From Octopus vulgaris (lineage: Eukaryota): a DNA stretch of 64,000 bases. The notes under the pieces were generated by a model. That model searched no databases and was not told where the DNA came from. It saw only the letters and a list, made by a program, of their open reading frames with translations. The stretch is taken from contig OX597820.1 of NCBI GenBank assembly GCA_951406725.2, forward strand, positions 41,044,001 to 41,108,000, read 5' to 3'. A program made the position numbers and the translations under genes. Shown one piece after another: positions 14,541 through 28,769 of this stretch; position 1 is the stretch's first letter, and every line of letters begins with the position of its first letter.

Positions 14541-14717
14541 GTATATATATACGCACACACGACGGGCTTCTTTCAGTTTCCGCCTACCATATGCACTCAT
14601 AAGGCCTTGGTCAGTGCGAGGCTTTAGTAGATGACACTTGCCCAAGATACCCTGCAGTGGGATTGAAACCATGTTGCTGCGAATCAAGACTCTTACTACA
14701 CAACCACACCTACGCCT
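14235..14717 (-). mobile_element. SINE family B, diverged, with expanded internal (TACA)/(CA) tract
   Basis: cgccatgctgg ... gacgggcttctttcagtttccg ... gacacttgcccaag ... cacacctacgcct. Confidence 0.85.
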
Positions 14718-15158
14718 ACATATATATACAAACACATCTATATATACATAAGTGTGTGTGCATGTGAGTGTGTGTTTATATATATACATACAAATATATA
14801 TGTGTATGTATGTAAACGTATGTTTGAGTATGTATGAATAAATTTCATCAATTATATAAAAGAATATATGAAAAATAGTGTGTATGTTTGTTTGTTTGTT
14901 TGTCTGTGTATGCATGTGTGTGTGTGTCTGTGTGTGTGAGCACGTGCGTGTGTGTGTTTGGTTGTGTCTGTGCGTGTATCTGAGTTTCGTTAATGTTTTT
15001 GATGAATACATATGAATATATATTTATACATGTTTGTATAAATACTTATATATTTCTATATGTGTATGTGTGTACCCCCATGTTGATTTATGTAAATAGA
15101 TAGGTGAATATTTATATATATATATATATATATATAGTGTGTGTGTGTGTGCTTGTAA

Positions 15159-15211
<53 letters not shown>

Positions 15212-15351
15212 TATGTATTTGTATATATGTATATTTGCATATGCATATGTATGCATGTATATGAATATGTATATGTATACATATATATTATAGGTTTGTA
15301 TTTTTGTATATTTTGGATGAGATTCTGTGTTTTGTGCGTCAGAATATATTC

Positions 15352-15431
<80 letters not shown>

Positions 15432-16556
15432 GTATCTTTGTATGCTTAATTGTTCATATATGTATATATGTGTATATATACACATTTGTAATTTGTATGT
15501 GTGTGTGTATACGTATATATATTGATATATATGTATGTATTTATATATATATATACATATGTATACATATATGCACACATATATAATATATATATATCAA
15601 CACGCACCTACAAGCTTATACACGTATGCATACATACGTATGTACATTCATACATGCATATATACATACTTACAAACATACATACATACTTACATACATA
15701 CATACAAACATACATACATACATACATACATACTTACAAACATACATACATACTTACATACATACATACAAACATACAAACATACATACATACATACATA
15801 CATACATACATACATACATACATACATACATACACACATACATACATATATACATACAAGCAAACCCTTGTGTGTATTAATTCTTGTCTACATGTACCTA
15901 GTTATTTAATGATACTGCAGTTTTAATACAACTTTCCGACTCTCACTCCGGCGCTATACGCATTGACTTCCACTGTGTCCCAGAACCTTTTCCAACCTTC
16001 TTGATTCTTCATTTCTTTTCATAGAACTCTGCAATACCTCCACTCACGTCCCTACTTATATCCCCCTCTCCTCCAGTATTTTTTTCTTATCAAAACACAC
16101 GTCCATTTACGTACACACACACACACACATACACACACCTGCACAAGCACATACACACACACACACAAACATACACACATGCACACAGGCATACACACAC
16201 ACACACACACACACGCATTCACACTCCGTCACAATTCTCGCTTCTTTTCTGTTTCATAGTGACTAGAATATACATTATACCTCCAGGTCCCACTGTGAAA
16301 CCCACACACACCAACACCACCGCCACACTGCCTCCACCATTATCACCGCCGCCACCATTACCACCGCCACCGCCACCACCCCGTGTTTACGCACTTTAAC
16401 AGTTCAATAATTTTGTTGTTTACATGTTGATTTTTAAAATTCTTTATTATCATCAATAATTCTGTGATCATTGCTAGTACTGTCGACATGCAAATTAGAA
16501 ACCATTATCATCACTATTATTATTATCAATATTATTATTATCATTATTATTATTAA

Positions 16557-16625
<69 letters not shown>

Positions 16626-16747
16626 CATTATTATTATTATTATTATTATTAATATTATTATTATTATCATTATTATTATTATTATCATTATTAATATTAT
16701 TATTATCATTATTATTATTATTATTATTATTTTTATTATCATTATTA

Positions 16748-16790
<43 letters not shown>

Positions 16791-16806
16791 CATCATCATC
16801 ATTATT

Positions 16807-16928
16807 GTCGACTTTGCCTTTCATCCTATCGGGGTCGATAAAATAAGTAGCTGCTGAGTACGGGGGTCGATGTAATCGACTTGTCTCCTCACCGAAAATT
16901 TCAGGCCTTGTGCTCTTAGTAGAAAGAG
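16807..16928 (+). mobile_element. SINE family C, 3' half
   Basis: gtcgactttgcctttcatcctatcggggtcgataaaataagta ... tttcaggccttgtgc ... gtagaaag then (TTA)n. Confidence 0.85.
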
Positions 16929-16955
16929 TTATTATTATTATTACCGTTTTTTTTT

Positions 16956-17055
16956 GTCGACTTTGCCTATCGTCCTTTCGAGATCGATAAACTAAGTACC
17001 AGTTGAACACTGGCGTCGCTGAATTTCTGCCCTTATGCCTTTAGTAGAACGGATT
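16956..17055 (+). mobile_element. SINE family C, 3' fragment with internal deletion
   Basis: gtcgactttgcctatcgtcctttcgagatcgataaactaagtaccagttg ... ttagtagaacggattac then (ATT)n. Confidence 0.8.
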
Positions 17056-17057
17056 AC

Positions 17058-17136
<79 letters not shown>

Positions 17137-17311
17137 GTTGTTGTTGTTGCTGTTGTTGTTGTTGTTGTTGTTGCTGTTGTTGTTGTGTTGTTGATTGTTG
17201 TATATTATTGCTGTTCTAGTTTTACTACTACTACTACTACTACTATCACCACTACTACTACTGCTACTGCTGCTGCTGCTTCTACTACGACTACTGCTGC
17301 TGATGCTGCTG

Positions 17312-17365
<54 letters not shown>

Positions 17366-17515
17366 AGTGCTTTGTTTCCGTTCCCATTATTACTCGTCAT
17401 AATTATCATCATTATCACCGTAGTCACGATCATGATTATCATTATTATCATGATCAGCAGTATTATAAAGCTCACCATCACCACCACCACCACCACCAGC
17501 ATTACCAGCTTCTTC

Positions 17516-17571
<56 letters not shown>

Positions 17572-17959
17572 AATCTCTGTAATCCCTGTTATTATTTAAG
17601 TATCTGGTACGTACCGACGTTGTGCTGATGCTGCTCCTCATGTATATATCATTATCGATCAGTCACCATAACCGCCGACGCCACCAACTCCAGCAACTCT
17701 TATCACCGCAACCCCGGCTCCATCATTATTATTATTATTACCACCAAGTCTTTTAAAGTATGGTTAGTGGTTTATAGTTGGCGACGTCGGTCGGCGTCGA
17801 TGGTGATTGTCGAGTTGGTAATGGTGGCGGTCGTGGTCGTGGTCGTGGTCGTGCTGGTTGATTTAGTTGTACTACACCCAATGTTATTGTTGTCATTGTG
17901 GCTGCTGTTATTTGTTTTAACCTTACTTCATTATTGCTGCTATTAAAATTTCCCCTTTT

Positions 17960-18522
17960 TTCTTCTTTTTTCATTTCTCTTTTCTTTTGTTCCTTTTCCC
18001 TTTTTTTTTTATTTAATTTTTTTTTGTTCTTTTCTTCCCTTTTACGATCCCTCTTGATCGAAAACCTACGCCACCCCCCTTTTTTTTGTTTCTTTTGTTT
18101 TTTGTTTTTTTTTCATCCCCCAAAAGAAAAGCTCTACCTTGTAACTTGTCCCATCTGTGTGCAGCCCTGTGTGGCCAATAAAGAAACTTATTAAAATTGT
18201 CATCAAGTTGCTTCAACAAATCTTCTTTTTTAACACTCTTCTTTCACTCTTTCATCCTCTTCATGCGCACACGCACACATTTATTTATATACACATACAC
18301 ATAGGTGGTTTTTTTTTCTTCTTTTTTCATTATTCTTTTCTTTTGTTCCTTTTCCCTTTTTTCTTTTTTTCTTTTCTTTTCTTTTTTTTCCCCCTTTTAC
18401 GATCCCTTTTGATCGAAAACCTATGCCACCTTTTTTCTTTTTTTTTCTCATCCCCCAAAAGAAAAGCTCTACCTTGTAACTTGTCCCATCTGTGTGCAGC
18501 CCTGTTTGGCCAATAAAGAAAC

Positions 18523-18526
<4 letters not shown>
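17960..18526 (+). repeat. Two direct copies (~17960-18191, ~18315-18526) of a pyrimidine-rich unit ending in AATAAA; probable non-LTR retrotransposon 3' end
   Basis: Both copies have ccttttacgatcc..ttgatcgaaaacct and caaaagaaaagctctaccttgtaacttgtcccatctgtgtgcagccctgt(g/t)tggccaataaagaaacttat; the second runs into (TATC)n. Confidence 0.75.
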
Positions 18527-18604
<78 letters not shown>

Positions 18605-18613
18605 GTCTGTCCA

Positions 18614-18720
<107 letters not shown>

Positions 18721-18748
18721 TAATTATATTTTATATATATTATATGTA

Positions 18749-18797
<49 letters not shown>

Positions 18798-19234
18798 TGT
18801 ATTTCACAGCAAATTTTTCTTGGAGGCCATCTCTGTTTCCCTATCTCTCTTTTATACTTCTATGTATCTCTCCCTTGAGCACTTTCGTTCCCTTATGTCA
18901 ATTTCAGGTGAGAAGAATTAGTTTTCTACATGTAAAGTACAAGGGCAGATCAGTAGAACCCCGACTTGTTATTCACCAATTTGGTGGCATTATAATAAAA
19001 CTTCAAATCGGTATTACAACCCCTTGTACTAAGGTCGCAAACAAAGAGGGAGAAAAAAAAAGGAATGGAGACAGGCAAAAAAGAGTGAGAAAAGAAGGCA
19101 AGGCACAGCATGCTTTTGGTTTGTATTTTTCAATTTATCCCTAAAGTCCTTCTGGAAAGGCATAAGAATCACGCTTTCCGTTATTGCATTCCTATATACA
19201 TATGTGACCCTTTGTCACTTCTCGTAATCACACG

Positions 19235-19410
19235 ATCTGTTAGAAATAGTAGGTAAATCACACTCAGAGATCACACCCAATCATCTTAATTATGGAAAGG
19301 ATGCGCTCGATAATGCTTTCCTGAAATTCTCTAAAAATGACAGGATTTTTACGTCTGGAACGCTTTCATTAAAGTACATTAAATCAATATTGGAGTTTAG
19401 TTAAACAATA
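19235..19410 (+). mobile_element. Old interspersed repeat family E (probably a non-LTR 3' end)
   Basis: gatctgttagaaatagt ... ctggaacgcttt ... ttaaacaataa; related fragments at ~23750-23812, 27490-27680, 28140-28290, 35690-35830(-), 36283-36345(-), 38380-38430(-), 50140-50355, 50450-50500(-), 52720-52990(-), 53640-53700(-). Confidence 0.5.
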
Positions 19411-19632
19411 ATGTTAGTTGACTTTCAGTCAGTCAGCTAATACTCTAAGTCTATGCCTTATTTTGAAAATACTGTATTATGTCAAACTATATGCACACAA
19501 ACATATAGAGCAGACATGCGCACGAATTCTCATATCACTACATGATAAATGCGTACAAATATCTCTCTCTCTACCTGTCTGTTTGTGTGTGTGTATGAGT
19601 GTGTGTGTGCGTGCGTATGTGTGTGTGTGAAT

Positions 19633-19677
<45 letters not shown>

Positions 19678-19873
19678 GTATATATATATATGTAAAGAGA
19701 GAGAGAGAGGTTATGAGAGGTAATGGTGTCAATAAGACCCAACGGTGTCAGGTAATGCCGAGTAAGTGCTATGGACAGACTATAGTTAAGCTCCAGGTTC
19801 GGTGATTATGCGAATGAGGAGTCCAACATAGGTCAATATATCAGCATGTGTATATATAAAAAAATTTTTTTTT

Positions 19874-20092
19874 CAGAATGAGATAAAAATCCAAGAGAAG
19901 GTCTTACAGCTGTTTCTGGAATATTTTATATGACCATTCTTCGGAGACAGTGTGAGAAAATGGTTAATCAATAGTTATATTAGATACGATATGAAATAGA
20001 GACCGTCTCCAATGAAAGGATATATAAAATATCCCGGAAACTGTTGTAAGATCTATGTATAAATGTTCTTTCACAGCCTTGAATTTTTATCT

Positions 20093-20099
<7 letters not shown>
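19874..20099. mobile_element. Fold-back element, probably an inverted pair of Penelope-like pseudo-LTR fragments, each with a hammerhead-like motif
   Basis: Outer 22-bp inverted repeat with 21/22 match (19874-19895 vs 20078-20099); inner inverted homology 19901-19948 vs 20005-20052; abuts (TA)n on the right. Confidence 0.7.
19901..19948 (-). ncRNA. Minimal type I hammerhead ribozyme-like motif
   Basis: Minus strand reads GUCU-CCGAAGA-A-UGGUCAUAUAAAAUAUUCCA-GAAAC-AGCU-GUA-AGAC: stem I GUCU/AGAC, stem II, GAAA, short stem III with palindromic AGCU loop, GUA cleavage triplet; core U4 is C. Confidence 0.55.
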
Positions 20100-20159
<60 letters not shown>

Positions 20160-20836
20160 ATTCCACAAAAATGTCAGTAATGCTCATATAAGCTTTACTA
20201 ATAATAGCAAAATTCAAAGTAAATATCAACACATATTAAACCAATTTATGAAAACAAAAACGTAAGCTATAGATAGAGCATTGACATTCCATGACTTACA
20301 ATTTCATTTCTATGACTTGTTGCTGCTTACTACAAATCGCAGTAACAACGCGCCACTACAATCACTTCACTTACAACAGTTGTATTCAACCATGTTTTGC
20401 TTATAGACGACCCCTTTGAGTCTTCATTTTACATGGGTGGAACTTCATAGGCATTCAATATTTAAAAGGTCGTATTTATTATAGTTTTGTAATTAAAATA
20501 TTATTAGGAAATATATAAAGAAATTAACATATTTTGTGTATTGTAGAAATATAACAAGTTTATTGCATATAAATTTTAACACCAAACCATTATATGGACC
20601 TCTAAGTGTCGTATGGAGTTGGGCAGAGAAACACTGACTTAGAAGATGAACAGAACTTCAAACATTATTGCACAACATGTTTCTCATCGTTTCTTCACTC
20701 GGCAGAAATTCAAATACTCAAATATACATACACAGGCCCATATCGAAATCACAAGTCTCGATGCATTAAATTAAATCGAAATATCAAATTACGAGACATC
20801 AGAAAAAAAAAAAAAGAAAAGCTTTAAAATTAAGAC

Positions 20837-21002
20837 AGGCTCAGGAGGGGGCTGTGTGGTAAGTAGCTTGCTTACCAACTACATGATTCCGGGTTCAGTC
20901 CCAGTGCGTGGCAACTTAGGGCAAGTGTCTTCTACTATAGCCTCGGGCCGACCAAAGCCTTGTGAGTGGATTTGGTAGACGGAAACTGAAAGAAGCCCGT
21001 CG

Positions 21003-21080
<78 letters not shown>

Positions 21081-21240
21081 TGTGTGTGTGTGCCTGTGTT
21101 TGTCGCCAAATCCCAACTGATGCTGGTGTGTTTACGATCCCATAACTTAGCGATTCGGCATAAGAGACCGATATAAGTACTAGGCTTACAAAGTATAAGT
21201 CCTGGGTCGATTTGCTCGGCATGCGGCGCTCCAGTGAATG
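20837..21240 (+). mobile_element. SINE family B, near full-length
   Basis: Head ggctgtgtggtaagtagcttgc, gggcaagtgtcttc, internal (TA)n(TG)n, 3' body. Confidence 0.9.
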
Positions 21241-21601
21241 AAGCAAAAATATAATAATAAATAAAAGAGAGAATATAATAAACAACCTATCAACACCCTA
21301 CATCTACAAGACCCTGAGCATAATGTTCCATCTTAATGTTCTGAATTCCCTGTCAGTTCAAAGATTTCCATAAGGAATGAAACCATTAGGTTACATAGAA
21401 GCATTAGACTAGGCAAAGGCTATCGTTTTTGTGAAGCAGGCTGTACGAGACATGGCTCATCATCAGGCAGGCCGCACTACTAAAATATTCACAGTAATTT
21501 TTCGTTAGCTATGCTACACAGAAAGTCCCACGGGCCACAGTTTGCGAATGACTGCATTAAACCGACTAATTCCAATGCAAAATGTTTACTCAATAGTTAA
21601 G

Positions 21602-21660
<59 letters not shown>

Positions 21661-21669
21661 CATGCATAT

Positions 21670-21731
<62 letters not shown>

Positions 21732-22041
21732 CCGTGTTGCATCTATTTATATATATATATAAATATATATATAATGATCTCTATTGTAGAAGTAATAGTA
21801 CTAAGTACAACTTGCATATATATATATATATAATCATAAATACACACATACACACACAATCTTCCCATAATACAATTAGCACAACAATAACAGCTGCAAC
21901 TACTGCCATGACCACCACTGACTGCCACATAGACTTATACCAAAAGAGTTGAACACGTCTATGTTCTGGGTAATTTGCCTAAAATAAGCATGTATATATG
22001 TCCCTTGGTTGCTGGAGTCAGGGGTTAGGACAGTTGTTTGA

Positions 22042-22074
22042 CTGATGACGCTTATTAAGCCAGAAACATGAGTC
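22042..22074 (+). ncRNA. Hammerhead-core-like motif with poor stem I
   Basis: CUGAUGA-c-GCUU auu AAGC-ca-GAAAC-AUGA-GUC. Confidence 0.3.
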
Positions 22075-22902
22075 TATGCTTGACCTCTTATCTCCACATG
22101 ATAAAGCCTGTCCTTTTCCTTAATGACGTGAACTTTGGATGACACTTGGTTCTTGAGATTATCTCCCTTCCTCACAGAGAACTGTTCTCTATTGCTTTTG
22201 GCTAGCAGCGATTTATCATCTAGAGGCAGATAAACATGTAATAAGTTTCCTAATACAAATTCTTCAGACAGAGAATCAAATGTGTACATATACAAACGTG
22301 TCCTTGTATATATTTATATTTATATATACAAGCGTATGTATGCACGTACACACACACACACACACACATATATGCACTCATATACAGCCTCACCAGTCCA
22401 TACACACATCTCTACGTAAATATATACACCTTTTAATTAACGTGCAATGTAACAATATTCTTGCAAAGGCAAAAGTGGAGCCTTACTGTAGTCTTTTAAA
22501 CTTGCAAGAAATAAGAGTCAAATCTTCATCAAACTATTCTTTAAAATCTTGAAAAGGGAAAGAGATATTCTACGTGGTAATCCTGGATACAATATCCAAT
22601 AGGAATGCTTATAGCTGGAACACCTTCAATGACGCTCGACCTGGGTAACAACAGTAATATACATGAATACGTGTATGTGTTTTGGTATTGTGCGTATGTT
22701 TTATGTAGATACACTTCACAAGAACACATGTGTTGCTACGCGCAAACGTTAGCCCGGATGCTTACAAAATACATTCAGACAAATAAACACGCGACTCTCA
22801 TATATATATATGTGCGTGTGTGTATATATACATCTACACACACACACACATATATACATTCGCACATACATACATACATACATACATACATAAATACATA
22901 CA

Positions 22903-22936
<34 letters not shown>

Positions 22937-22986
22937 CATACATACATACATACATACATACATACATACATACATACATACATGTC

Positions 22987-23018
<32 letters not shown>

Positions 23019-23115
23019 GCCTCTGGACAAACATTTCATATGAATGAGATGAATGAATTTCTTTTATCCACTAGCTCATTTAAATACAGACAACTGCGAG
23101 TAATGATGAATACGC

Positions 23116-23158
23116 TGGTGGTGGTGGTGGTGGTGGTGGTGGCAGAGGTGGTGGTGGA

Positions 23159-23202
<44 letters not shown>

Positions 23203-23293
23203 GGATGGTGATGGTGATGGTGATGGTGATGATGATGATGAGGATGATGATGATGATGGTAATGGTGATGGTGATTATGGTGATAACGATTAC

Positions 23294-23325
<32 letters not shown>

Positions 23326-23348
23326 GGATGATGACGATGACGATGATG
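23116..23348. repeat. (GGT)n/(GAT)n compound triplet repeat
   Basis: Visible directly; source of the poly-V/poly-M ORF. Confidence 0.95.
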
Positions 23349-24428
23349 TTGGGAGGCTGTTTCTGTTACATATTGTTGTCAGTTTGTTTGTTGGACTCTT
23401 TCATCACATTGTCAGCGGCAGTATCAACAAAATTCAAGAATGACAAAATAGCAATAAACTGAAAGTGAAACTAAAAAAAAATACGAGCAGAAAGAAATAG
23501 CTAGCGCGGCGTAACCCCTGCTCCCTTTCCTTCCACCACAACCACCACCACCACCACATCATCATCATCTTCATCATCGTCGTCGTCGTCGTCATCATTG
23601 CCAGCGACAACAACAACAACGCCAGCATCAACACCGACAGTAGCCGGAGCGAGTCAGCGTGGAAATTTGTACACAGTCGCATAAATGTGTTCTTCTGACA
23701 ACAACAGCAACAAGAACAATAACTACAACAACAACAACAACAACAGGAGGGGGTCTTTGAACGTAGTCTGTCTGCTTGATCAGGGCTGACTTGGGTGCTG
23801 AGCAACAACAAAAACTAAATAACAGCAACAAAAATACTGGTAGCCGCAACAGTGGAGAATGAGAAGACGATTCTGCGGAAGTGTTCCCGCTGGAATTGTT
23901 GTCTGACGATCAAACATCATCAAACTTAGAAAAGGTAAAGGGAGAGGGTGGAAGAAGGATTGGGTTGAAGAAGAAGAGAGGTAGGATAGTAATATGGAAG
24001 GGGGGGGAAGAAATATTGATGACGTACGACGGAGCGAAAAATGAGAGAAAGAGAGAGTGAATGAGAAAGAGAGAGAGAGAGAGAGAAATGAGTGAGAGAG
24101 AGACATGAGAGGGAGAGAAAGAAAGAAGGAAAGAAAGAAAGAAAGATAGATAGATAGAGAGAGAGAGAGGTAGAGAGTGGGAGAAAGATAGAAAGCGAAA
24201 AAGAGGGACAAACAGACAGACAGACAAACAGAGAGACAGAGAGTGAAGGATGTAGAGTGGGGGGGGGTAAAGTTGAAAAATGCAGACGACATTTTAACAA
24301 AGACAAAGGGTTCGAATTTCATGTTGCTAATCGAAACATGGAAAGAATTTCACACGCGCGCACACACACACACACACGCACACACACACACACATGCACA
24401 CACACACACACACACAAAGGCGCATATA

Positions 24429-24818
24429 TCTCTCTTTTACTCTCTTTTACTTGTTTCAGTCATTTGACTGCGGCCATGCTGGAGCACCGCCTTTAGTCGA
24501 GCAAATCGACCCCGGGACTTATTCTTTGTAAGCCCAGTACTTATTCTATCGGTCTCTTTTGCCGAACCGCTATGTGACGGGGACGTAAACACACACCAGC
24601 ATCGGTTGTCAAGCAATGCTAGGGGGACAAACACATATATATATTTATACATATATACGACAGGCTTCTTTCAGTTTCCGTCTACCAAATCCACTCACAA
24701 GGCATTGGTCGGCCCGGGGCTATAGCAGAAGACACTTGCCCAAGATGCCACACAGTGGGATTGAACCCAGAACCATGTGGTTGGTTAGCAAGCTACTTAC
24801 CACACAGCTACTCCTGCG

Positions 24819-24821
<3 letters not shown>
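24429..24821 (-). mobile_element. SINE family B, full-length, young
   Basis: Close to the reverse complement of 62835-63250; tail repeats ctcttttact; adjacent to (TA)n. Confidence 0.93.
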
Positions 24822-24907
<86 letters not shown>

Positions 24908-25214
24908 ATACATAAATTCATGTACAAGCAAATACACATAAACACATAAATACACACACACACACACACAAACAAACAACACTGACACTGTTCCTTACAT
25001 TCATTGTATAAAAGTAAGAAAAATAGAAACATGTTACTCACTCATTTCTTCATTCTACTCTTTTCATTCATTCATTCATTCATTCGAGTTGTTCTCATTC
25101 AATCGTTCATTCTCACTTTTCAAACAACCTCAGACACACAGACACGCTTTCACACAGCATGCGCGCCCGCGCGAGCAAAAATACATTGTATATATATATA
25201 TATATATATATATT

Positions 25215-25248
<34 letters not shown>

Positions 25249-25289
25249 TATATAAATACATATATATATATGTATATATATGATATAAA

Positions 25290-25369
<80 letters not shown>

Positions 25370-25520
25370 TATATATATATATGATATATGAATTTGTATC
25401 AAGCTCTCTATCTATATATATATATATATATAAACATACATACATACATACATACATACATACATACATAAATACATACATACACACATACATACATACA
25501 TACATACATACATACATACA

Positions 25521-25553
<33 letters not shown>

Positions 25554-26039
25554 GCATACATACATACATACACACATACACGCACACGTATAACACTGGC
25601 TTGTTGATAAAAGAAAACAACAACAGATGTTACTTGTTTGACAAACGTAAATGAATAAACCAAGTGCATGAATGTGTAAATAAATGGGAAAAAGGAATAG
25701 GGACCCGTAAAAAGAAAAAAAAACAAGAAATAAAGAAAAAAAACTAGGGAAAAATAAAGACTCTCCCCACACACACACAAACACAGAAGTAGATAAGGGC
25801 ATCCTCAGCCTGCATATAGATTGCCTGTGTGCTGGTAGCCCCTTCCGGCCACTGAAAAACGCAACTCTACCACAGCCTCCAGCGTCTTTCATCTCCCTCT
25901 GAAAGGTAAAGGAGTCCTTGCAGACTCTCCAAGGCTTCCCTCTCTCTATTCTTTTATTGTCGTCATCATCATCATCATCATCATCATTATTATTATTATT
26001 ATTATTGTTGTTGTTGTTGTTGTTGTTGTTGTTATTGTT

Positions 26040-26076
<37 letters not shown>

Positions 26077-26296
26077 TTGTTATCTACTTGTGTTAGCGAG
26101 ACGAGGTAGAAGCAGTGCCCATGACCTTTGCAGGGCCTAAGGAAACCGGCTAATAGGTAGGGATGGTTGGGGGGGGGGGGCAGAGATAATGAAGCTGCGA
26201 TTCATATGGTTGTTGTAATAGAGGAACAAGCACATCAAGCAAAAAAAATAAAGAAATAAAAACAAAATAAAAAAAGAAACTATCCTAAGCCAGAGC

Positions 26297-26410
26297 GGGT
26301 GGGGCGGGGCGGGGCCTGGTCCGAATGATGGAGTGGAGTGGACACACCAAACGCACCAAACGGCCAATCGGTGACTGGATTTAAACCGGACGACGGACGA
26401 ACAACCTCTA
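26297..26410 (+). promoter_or_regulatory. Candidate Pol II promoter: GC boxes, CCAAT box and TTTAAA
   Basis: ggggcggggcggggc (26301-26315), ggccaatcg (CCAAT at 26364-26368, fits NF-Y RRCCAATSR), gatttaaa (26378-26385), in canonical order. Confidence 0.45.
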
Positions 26411-26450
26411 CCGTTCCCAACACCTCACCACTACAAACACACCACCCCCA

Positions 26451-27029
<579 letters not shown>

Positions 27030-27682
27030 CTTTATCGATTAGCTCTCTACTATATTCTTGTTTCCTCTCCCATCACACACTATCTGCTTTTTGTCGTCAT
27101 ATTTATTAGACTGAATGTTTGTCAAAGTATCTTTTCTCTCTTTCTCTTTCTCTCTCTCTCTCTCTCTCCCTCTCTGCATCGCACAGACTTGTACTCATAC
27201 AACACTCGTTCTTTTACTAGTAAAATTTCTTTCTCTATATCTACCTCAACTTTTCTTCTCTTACTCTTATTTCTCCTCACTTTCATATCTCTCCCTCTCA
27301 CCTCTCCCTCTCTCCGCCTCTCTTTCTCTCTCTCTCTCCCTCTCTATCCATCTGTCTATCTATCCATCTCTCTATCTCACTTTCTCTTTTGTCCCTCACT
27401 GTCTGTCTTTCTCTTCGATATGATCCTATTTATGCCTTTTAAGAACTGATAAATTCACCATTATCTTCTACTACTGAGCTTTTTAACCAGCGAGAGGTCC
27501 TCAGCAACGTTACTCAATCTACTAAAATAGCAGTCAAATCTCCCTCCAATAACACTCTACCCTCTTAGAAAAGGAAATGGTATATGGCATAATGTAGTTC
27601 TAGAGAAAGCATGTCTGAATTATTGAGTAGATTGAGTTTGATCTTAGGCCTGCTCGATCAGAAATGATTGAGGCCTAAGTAT

Positions 27683-27882
27683 CTCTCTTTTACTCTCTTT
27701 TACTTGTTTCAGTCATGTGACAGTGGCCATGCTGGAGCACCGCCTTTAGTCGAGCAGATCGACCCCAGGACTTGTTCGTTGTAAGCCTTGTACTTATTCT
27801 ATCGGTCATCTTTTGCCGAACCGCTAAGTTACGGGGACGTAAACACACCAGCATCGGTTGTCAAGCGATATTAGGGGGACAA

Positions 27883-27915
<33 letters not shown>

Positions 27916-28078
27916 GGATGGGCTTCTTTCAGTTTCCGTCTACCAAATCCACTCACAAGGCTTGGTCGGCCTGAGGCTATAGTAGAAGACACTTGCCCAA
28001 GGTCCCACGCAGTGGGACTGAACCCGGAACCATGTGGTTCGTAAGCAAGCTACTTACAACACAGCCATTCCTACGCCT
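27683..28078 (-). mobile_element. SINE family B, full-length
   Basis: All family B segments present in reverse. Confidence 0.92.
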
Positions 28079-28737
28079 ATCCACTCCTATATTAACATTT
28101 CCCTATAAAATGAAAGAGTACAGCGTCGTTCATACTGCTAGTTGCGCCAGATTTCTCGCAAGTCACAGTCTAACTTTAAGAAAAGGAAAAGAATCACCGG
28201 ACAGTGTGGTTCTGGATATACAAAGGGTGGAATGGCCATAACCGGATGGCCTTTCTTAATAGATCTTTTTAGGCAGATCTAACTATAATTCATTAGCTCC
28301 TTTTCTTAATCTCCTGATACTCTTTCAAACTCATTCATCAACATCTTACTTCCCTATTTCTCGATCATCTCCGATCTACACATCAACTTAGGTTGCACAC
28401 ACCGGCGTACCTCATACATACATACATACATACATACATACATACATACATACATACATACATACATACATACATAATTGTTTGATTCAAATTCAGGGGA
28501 CCCCAAAGGTGAAATCAACGGTAGATCAGATAATCTAGACCAGCCGTTTGTTTCTCTGATCTTTTTAAAAAATTCAATAAATGCATGTATAATAAATAGG
28601 GATAGTATAAAATAACTCGTCGATATCTATAATATCGGACGATATAGTATAACAGTGGGATATTGTTTTCATCCTTCAGCTTAACCGTAAGAATTTTGGT
28701 ATCAAACACAGAGGTACTGCGAGTAACTGAAACTAGC

Positions 28738-28769
28738 GGTAGCGTCGTGGTAAATTCCACGACGCTACC
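28738..28769. other. Perfect 13-bp GC-rich hairpin
   Basis: ggtagcgtcgtgg-taaatt-ccacgacgctacc. Confidence 0.9.

Larger units (their letters stand above)
16503..17572. repeat. Compound triplet tract (ATT, GTT, CTA/CTG, CAC, CAT) containing two family C fragments
   Basis: Successive triplet runs visible directly. Confidence 0.95.

Noticed and set aside
25780-25800. gataagggc matching the miR-184 3' end (also tagctggttgtg at ~37981 matching the miR-34 3' end)
   Set aside because: Seed regions do not match and no precursor hairpin is evident
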